Program-made: the position numbers and the translations under genes
In this document: positions 47,625-52,940 of the stretch, piece by piece
How the letters are laid out: every line of letters starts with the position of its first letter
How positions within the stretch are numbered: position 1 is the first letter of the stretch
DNA from: Aestuariivirga sp.
GTDB taxonomy: Bacteria > Pseudomonadota > Alphaproteobacteria > Rhizobiales > Aestuariivirgaceae
Direction of reading: 5' to 3'
Length of the DNA stretch: 52,940 nt
Assembly: GCA_043759965.1 (NCBI GenBank)
Contig: JAYUPT010000005.1
Span: 1-52,940 of the forward strand
Notes under the pieces: generated by a model
What the model saw: only the letters and a program-made list of their open reading frames with translations
The model's database searches: none
What the model was told of the DNA's origin: nothing

Positions 47625-49013
47625 ATGAATCAGCACCAGAAGCCACACCGTGTTAAGTTTTTGCGCAATGCAGCACTCGCTGCTCTCGTGGCAGGTGGCA
47701 TTTGGTATTATATGCAGCCTCCGGCTCATAAGGCTTCGGCAAACCCACAAGCAGAAATTTTGGAAATTGGCATTGCCAATGCTGCATCTTACCAAATCTC
47801 TATGTGGGTGCTCGCTGGCTCAACTTCTGATTCCGTTCCTGGCATTGCGCATGTTGTGGAGCACCTTAAATTTAAAGCCAATGATGGCAGCGGCTTTGTG
47901 GCTTTTAATGCCATTCCAGGCTCGTCTTCTAATGCAGCAACGACTTATGATTCCACGCGCTATGATCTATATCTGCCGCCAGAAGGCGTGGACAAAGCTT
48001 TGGAGACACTTTCAACAATTGTGTTGCCCATGAAAATTTCTGAGGCTGATTTGAAGCTTGAGAAAACCATTGTGCAGCAGGAACTTTTACAGCGCAGCCA
48101 AAGCGACCCTGATACACCGTTTTTCCAAGCGTTTTTCGCAAAGCTATACCACGACCTGCCTTATGAACATTCGCCGGGTGGCACCCAAGAATCTGTAGCC
48201 AGCGTGAGTTTGAAGAATGTGCTGGATTTTGATGCGGCTCATTATTCAGGCAGCAAGGTGTTTTTGTCAATTTCAGGACCAGAGTTAACAGCAGCGCAGC
48301 GCCGCACAATTGAACGAGTGTTTCCAGGTTCAGCAATTGCGCGCATCAGTGTGGCGCGAAATTTGACTATGCTTCGAGATGACGCGGAGCTTTTGCCGCG
48401 CCCGGTTTTGTTACCCCCGCCAACAATACCCTTGCTTTTAGCTGAAGAAATATCGGCGGAAAAAATCTCGCCAAGGGCGCGCAGCATTAAAATGAGTTTT
48501 GCGAAAATTATCTCTGCACCAACCGAATGGAAATCTGTTGTGGCTGCTGGCATATTAAGAAGTGCTGTTGTGAGCCGCTTGCCCGATGGCTTGCATGATC
48601 TCATTTCGGAAGAGCGGCAATTGGTGCAAAGTTGGAGTTTTTCAGTTGACCGATTATTTGAAGGTGTTTGGCAAATTAACTTCAGTGCTGACGTGGAAAA
48701 TGGTGTTGACCCCAAAGATGTGCAGCTGGACTTAGAAACTTATTTGACAAAGCTTGCAGAAACTGGCCTTTCGCCGGCCAGCTTTGAACGACTTAAAGCA
48801 CGAAATTTTCTCGTGAGTGAATGGGAGAATGCGGGCGCGCGGGCCAACGAATTAGCAGATAGCAGTTTGCATTACGGTTACGACAAAGCAATTTCTTATA
48901 TGGATAGTTTGCGCAATGCGAAAATTGAAGATGTGAATGCGTTGCTGAAACTATTGCAAAGGCCAGGCCGTGTTGGGGTTGCATTGTTAAAGCCAGAAGG
49001 AGTTTTGCAATGA
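47625..49013 (+). CDS. M16-family zinc peptidase, catalytic subunit
   Basis: GIAHVVEHLKF (HxxEH), NAATTYDSTRY, EKTIVQQE; N-terminal TM/signal. Confidence 0.8.
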   Translation: MNQHQKPHRVKFLRNAALAALVAGGIWYYMQPPAHKASANPQAEILEIGIANAASYQISMWVLAGSTSDSVPGIAHVVEHLKFKANDGSGFVAFNAIPGSSSNAATTYDSTRYDLYLPPEGVDKALETLSTIVLPMKISEADLKLEKTIVQQELLQRSQSDPDTPFFQAFFAKLYHDLPYEHSPGGTQESVASVSLKNVLDFDAAHYSGSKVFLSISGPELTAAQRRTIERVFPGSAIARISVARNLTMLRDDAELLPRPVLLPPPTIPLLLAEEISAEKISPRARSIKMSFAKIISAPTEWKSVVAAGILRSAVVSRLPDGLHDLISEERQLVQSWSFSVDRLFEGVWQINFSADVENGVDPKDVQLDLETYLTKLAETGLSPASFERLKARNFLVSEWENAGARANELADSSLHYGYDKAISYMDSLRNAKIEDVNALLKLLQRPGRVGVALLKPEGVLQ

Positions 49014-50302
49014 AAATGCTAGCGCTGATTTTTTCAATTCTGCTTTTCTGTGCGGGTTTTGCCAATGCAGAAAGCCTTCCATTGGTTTCACTTATATCTA
49101 AACACGGCATTGTATTCACTTATCTCCGCTCTGATTTGCAAGATACGGTTGCCATATCAATCGCCTTTCGCGGGGGCATGGCTTCTGATGATGTGAATGG
49201 CCCGGCCACAGCATATTTAGCACCCGGCCTGATGACGGCTGGGGCTGGAGGCAAGAGCAATTCTGAATTGTTTGAAGCTTTTCAAGACGTGGGTGGCTCG
49301 TTTTCACTCTCCACAAACACCGATCAAACTTATGCTGAACTCTCAGCACCTTCAAAAGGCATTGTAGGTGCTGCAAAGCTGGCCAATATGGTTTTGACCA
49401 AACCTGATTTTCCAGAAATTAAATTGCAGCGACGGCGCGAGGCGTTAGCCGAACGTGTAGAAGAAATTAATGCCTATCCTGAAACGGCAATGCAGAAAGC
49501 ATTCAATTTGGCAGTGGCTGAACTTCATGCCTATCAAAATTATTTCAGCCCAACTGTTGAATCTATTCGCCGCGTAACGTCGGCTGATCTGCGGCCGTGG
49601 GTGGCCAAACACCTCACGCGTGATCGCATTTTGGTAGCGGTGGTGGGCAATTTAGAAAACCATAAAGTGCAAGAAATTGTTGATCTGGTGCTCAATGGTT
49701 TGCCAGAGCGTTCTGACTTGCCTGACACCCCGCGCATGATTTTTAAACCCATACCGACTGCACCAATCCGCGTGGCTTTTGAAACTGGTGACCAGGCCAT
49801 TCTCAATTTTGGCATGGCGCAGAATTTTCGCGCTGATTTAAAACAGTGGTTGGCCGTGTCAATGCTTGCGCAAATTTTCACGGGCGATCAAAAATCACGG
49901 CTGTTTAAAGATATTCGCGAGTCTTCGGGTGCAACTTATGGTTTGCAACCAAACCTCGCATTTTATGAAGCGATGCTATTGAATGGGGTTTCTGGTCGAA
50001 TTGCCAAGGATAAGGTGGATAAAACCGTGGCACTTGTTACAAAGTCTTGGAATAAGTTTCGTGAAGAAGGGCCCACTGATGTTGAGATTGCCAATGCGCG
50101 CGCCAATATGCGGCAACTTATTGGCAATGTGTCGCGTGATCACACGCGGCTATCGAGCTTTATTCGCGACTATATGACGGGGCATTGGTCGGCCGAAGAG
50201 ATTAGCAAATTGCCGATGCTCATTGAGGAGATCGATCTCAAAAATAAAGACACGCTCAAGGATTTGTTTCCTGCAAATCCAATTATTGTGATTGCGCAAT
50301 GA
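49010..50302 (+). CDS. M16-family peptidase, non-catalytic partner subunit
   Basis: Signal peptide, no HxxEH, SRLFKDIRESSGATYG R/Y motif; ATGA overlap. Confidence 0.8.
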   Translation: MKMLALIFSILLFCAGFANAESLPLVSLISKHGIVFTYLRSDLQDTVAISIAFRGGMASDDVNGPATAYLAPGLMTAGAGGKSNSELFEAFQDVGGSFSLSTNTDQTYAELSAPSKGIVGAAKLANMVLTKPDFPEIKLQRRREALAERVEEINAYPETAMQKAFNLAVAELHAYQNYFSPTVESIRRVTSADLRPWVAKHLTRDRILVAVVGNLENHKVQEIVDLVLNGLPERSDLPDTPRMIFKPIPTAPIRVAFETGDQAILNFGMAQNFRADLKQWLAVSMLAQIFTGDQKSRLFKDIRESSGATYGLQPNLAFYEAMLLNGVSGRIAKDKVDKTVALVTKSWNKFREEGPTDVEIANARANMRQLIGNVSRDHTRLSSFIRDYMTGHWSAEEISKLPMLIEEIDLKNKDTLKDLFPANPIIVIAQ

Positions 50303-50333
50303 TTGGGCTAGGTGGTGGGTGAAAGTTACAGAC

Positions 50334-51911
50334 ATGAATACTGCCACCACAACCAACATGTATGATTTACCACCAATTCCCCGCTGGCTGGGCTTTATTG
50401 CCGCTTGTGTGGGCATGTTTATGGCTATTTTAGATATACAAGTGGTTGTAACTTCGCTGCCTGTAATTGAAGAAGCGCTTGGCATTGGCGCGGATCAAAT
50501 GAGCTGGATTCAAACCTCTTATTTGATCGCCGAGGTTGTTGCCATTCCGTTGACAGGATTGTTGATGCGGGTTTTCACCATGCGTTGGCTGTTGGTGGGA
50601 AGCTTAATCACTTTCACGGTGGCTTCTCTGGGCTGCGCGGCTAGCGGTGGCTTTACGGACCTTCTCCTCTGGCGGGTGATGCAAGGCATTGCTGGGGGGC
50701 TGCTCATTCCATTGGTTTTCACCAGCATATTTCTTTTGTTCCCGGCTGGCGTTCAGCAAACGGTGGCGACGACACTGGGTGGATTTTTGGCTGTGTTGGC
50801 GCCAACACTGGGGCCTGTTGCCGGCGGATGGTTGACCGAGAATTATAGTTGGCACTGGTTGTTCCTGATCAACATTATTCCAGGCTGTCTTGCAATGATA
50901 ACAGCTGTGCTGTGTTTGCCGCGTGGGAACACAAATTTCAAATTGCTCAGGTCGCTTGATTGGCTGTCTCTTCTGTGGATGGGTTTGGGTCTGGCTATTT
51001 TGTTGATCGGCTTGAAAGAAGCGCCGAGTGAGGGTTGGACTTCGCCATTTGTTCTCGGCTGTTTTATTTCAGTGCCAATTTTTGCGTGGTTGCTGTGGCG
51101 CAGACCTAACCCGGCCATTATGTTCCATCTGTTTGAAGATCGGGCGTTAAGCTTTGGCTGCATGCTCAGCTTTTTGTTGGGCTTCTGCTTGTTTGGTGCA
51201 GTTTACCTTATGCCCGTGTTTTTGGCCTTCGTGCGCGGGCATGGGCCAATTGAAATTGGCATGGTGACTTTGGTGAGTGGGGCTGCTCAATTGATAGTCG
51301 CACCTTTTGTGGTGCAACTTGATCGCCGCTTTGATGCGCGCCTGCTTTCTGCCATTGGTTTTGGAGTTTTTGCGATAGGGCTATATATGGACGCCAATTT
51401 GAACATCGAGTCAGATTATGACGCATTGTATTGGCCGCAGATTGTGCGTGGCTTTGCCATTGCGCTCTGCATTTTGCCGCCCATCCGTTTTGCCTTGGCA
51501 CTGACACCACTCGACAAGATTGGAGATGCCAGCGGGCTGTTCAATGTGTCGCGCAACATTGGTGGCGCAATCGGCATTGCCTTGCTTGACACTGTTATGT
51601 TCAGCCGCTCGCCTGATTTTACCCAGAATATTATGGATTTGGTGAAAACCAGCCCAGCAGCAGCAGCAGCCATTTTGCAAATGGATGTGTCAGATATCCC
51701 AACTCCGGACGATGCCACTGGCCTTATGTCTATTATCGACGCCGCGCAGGGGGCTGGCCTCACCATGGCCATTAACGAATGTTGGATATTATTGGGCAGC
51801 GTTGCCCTGCTCGCTTTGCCGATTCTTTTTATCCTTGGCCCGATTCGGAGTGCACTTCCATCAGCAAAACTCTCGCGGGACGCGCATCCAGTACCAAGTG
51901 TTACGACCTGA
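50334..51911 (+). CDS. DHA2 (EmrB/QacA) MFS efflux permease
   Basis: FMAILDIQVV, WIQTSYLIAEVVAIP, LAPTLGPVAGG, WHWLFLINI, RNIGGAIG. Confidence 0.92.
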   Translation: MNTATTTNMYDLPPIPRWLGFIAACVGMFMAILDIQVVVTSLPVIEEALGIGADQMSWIQTSYLIAEVVAIPLTGLLMRVFTMRWLLVGSLITFTVASLGCAASGGFTDLLLWRVMQGIAGGLLIPLVFTSIFLLFPAGVQQTVATTLGGFLAVLAPTLGPVAGGWLTENYSWHWLFLINIIPGCLAMITAVLCLPRGNTNFKLLRSLDWLSLLWMGLGLAILLIGLKEAPSEGWTSPFVLGCFISVPIFAWLLWRRPNPAIMFHLFEDRALSFGCMLSFLLGFCLFGAVYLMPVFLAFVRGHGPIEIGMVTLVSGAAQLIVAPFVVQLDRRFDARLLSAIGFGVFAIGLYMDANLNIESDYDALYWPQIVRGFAIALCILPPIRFALALTPLDKIGDASGLFNVSRNIGGAIGIALLDTVMFSRSPDFTQNIMDLVKTSPAAAAAILQMDVSDIPTPDDATGLMSIIDAAQGAGLTMAINECWILLGSVALLALPILFILGPIRSALPSAKLSRDAHPVPSVTT

Positions 51912-51915
51912 AGGT

Positions 51916-51951
51916 GAATTTGCCTTCGCCACACGGCAAATTTATTTTTTT
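51916..51951 (+). terminator. Putative intrinsic terminator after the MFS gene
   Basis: GAATTTGCC-N10-GGCAAATTT followed by a T-tract. Confidence 0.55.
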
Positions 51952-52104
51952 GATTTTTTCGGTTTGAACCTTGACGGCTGTCAAGCCTTTCCGTTCGGTG
52001 ATCCACAACATGACTAAGCTTGTGTCTTAAATCCAAGTAACACTTGAGCTTGCGGGCAGAATCGGGCGAAGGTACGCTTATGCACAGGAATGATGAACCT
52101 GTGG

Positions 52105-52151
52105 ACACAATATCTGGTATTAACTTCTCGTTAACACACTAGATGTTGACA
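52105..52151. promoter_or_regulatory. Tandem NrdR boxes
   Basis: ACACAATATCTGGTAT (52105-52120) and ACACTAGATGTTGACA (52136-52151), starts 31 bp apart, upstream of nrdJ. Confidence 0.8.
52120..52135. promoter_or_regulatory. CtrA-type box
   Basis: TTAA-cttctcg-TTAAC, a full consensus match. Confidence 0.6.
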
Positions 52152-52392
52152 CTAATTGTTCACTGTATTACCTTCCTCTTCCAAGGTCGTGCAGCGGAAT
52201 GAAGGCAAACCTGCCAGTTCTGCGTGAGTGCAAATAGCTTTTATATTGTTTTTATAGAGTGAGCAGTCAGCACGCGTTGGGGGGCGATAATATTCGCCAA
52301 AACAGGGATTAGCGTAAACACGGGTGGGTAACTTCCGTGCGCGTTTTTGCGCGTGCGCTAACAATTTTGAAGACTTCTTTAGGGGCACTAAA

Positions 52393-52940
52393 ATGCGCAT
52401 TGAACGGAAATATACCAAGGCTGGCCAAGCAACTTATGCGGGACTCGATTTCCGCACCGCTGTGAGCGAAATCAAGAACCCTGATGGTTCTATCGTGTTT
52501 CGCTTGGCTGATATTGAGGTGCCCTCAACATGGAGCCAAGTGGCCACTGATATTCTGGCACAAAAATATTTCCGCAAAGCCGGTGTTCCAAAAGCCTTGA
52601 AGCGTGTTGAAGAAGAAACCGTTCCAGCATGGTTGTGGCGTTCAATTGCTGATGATGAAGCACTGGCACATTTGCCTTTGAAAGAACGTACCCGTGGTGA
52701 ATTATCGGCTCAAGAAGTGTTCAACCGCCTTGCTGGCACTTGGACCTATTGGGGCTGGAAGGGCAATTATTTTACGACAGAAGAAGATGCTCGCGCGTTT
52801 TATGACGAGCAATGCTTCATGCTGGCCACGCAGAAATGCGCACCAAATTCACCACAGTGGTTTAACACTGGCTTGCATTGGGCTTATGGCATTGATGGCC
52901 CAGCACAGGGACACCATTATGTTGACCATGAAACTGGCAA
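52393..52940 (+). CDS. nrdJ: Class II (B12-dependent) ribonucleotide reductase, 5' part (runs off the window)
   Basis: MRIERKYT...SEIKNPDGSIVF...WSQVATDILAQKYFRKAGVP...APNSPQWFNTGLHWAYG; absent from the ORF track because there is no stop in the window. Confidence 0.93.
   Translation, partial: MRIERKYTKAGQATYAGLDFRTAVSEIKNPDGSIVFRLADIEVPSTWSQVATDILAQKYFRKAGVPKALKRVEEETVPAWLWRSIADDEALAHLPLKERTRGELSAQEVFNRLAGTWTYWGWKGNYFTTEEDARAFYDEQCFMLATQKCAPNSPQWFNTGLHWAYGIDGPAQGHHYVDHETG

Noticed and set aside
52152-52392. Cobalamin or c-di-GMP-I riboswitch before nrdJ
   Set aside because: Only fragments (AACAGGGA, GGCAAACC) match; the core consensus elements are not found in order.

Overview
A ~53 kb chromosomal window from an alphaproteobacterium (gene content and order look Hyphomicrobiales/Rhizobiales-like). 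1-35 kb is mostly conserved core: katG, a DEAD-box helicase, a PilZ protein, an iscR-iscS-sufBCDS-sufT-sufA operon, anmK/tyrS, an AsmA/YhdP-like protein, prfB (with its +1 frameshift), mrcA, amiC, rne, an M48 protease, DsbA, aroQ-accB-accC-aat, and the DUF2155/mlaD/NDUFA12 genes. 35-52 kb is a more accessory block: a DedA-PAP2 fusion, pseudouridine catabolism genes, two non-pyrrolysine MttB-family methyltransferases on either side of a LysR regulator, a higBA cassette, an Fe-S/cobalamin-fold protein, a homocysteine methyltransferase, a GFA protein, an M16 peptidase pair and an MFS exporter. The window ends in the 5' part of nrdJ. Features the ORF track misses: (i) a family of GTCAT...ATGAC palindromic repeats with covarying stems, one translated in frame inside SufD and one nested in a TA-targeting MITE that splits a tfoX-like gene; (ii) a candidate B12-dependent methyl-transfer module with no canonical corrinoid protein in the window and a possible Cys-to-His zinc-ligand change; (iii) an MttB gene translationally linked to psuK-psuG; (iv) paired LysR-type boxes flanking the higBA insert; (v) a CtrA-type box lying exactly between two NrdR boxes. 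All calls come from reading motifs by eye; no database searches were run.
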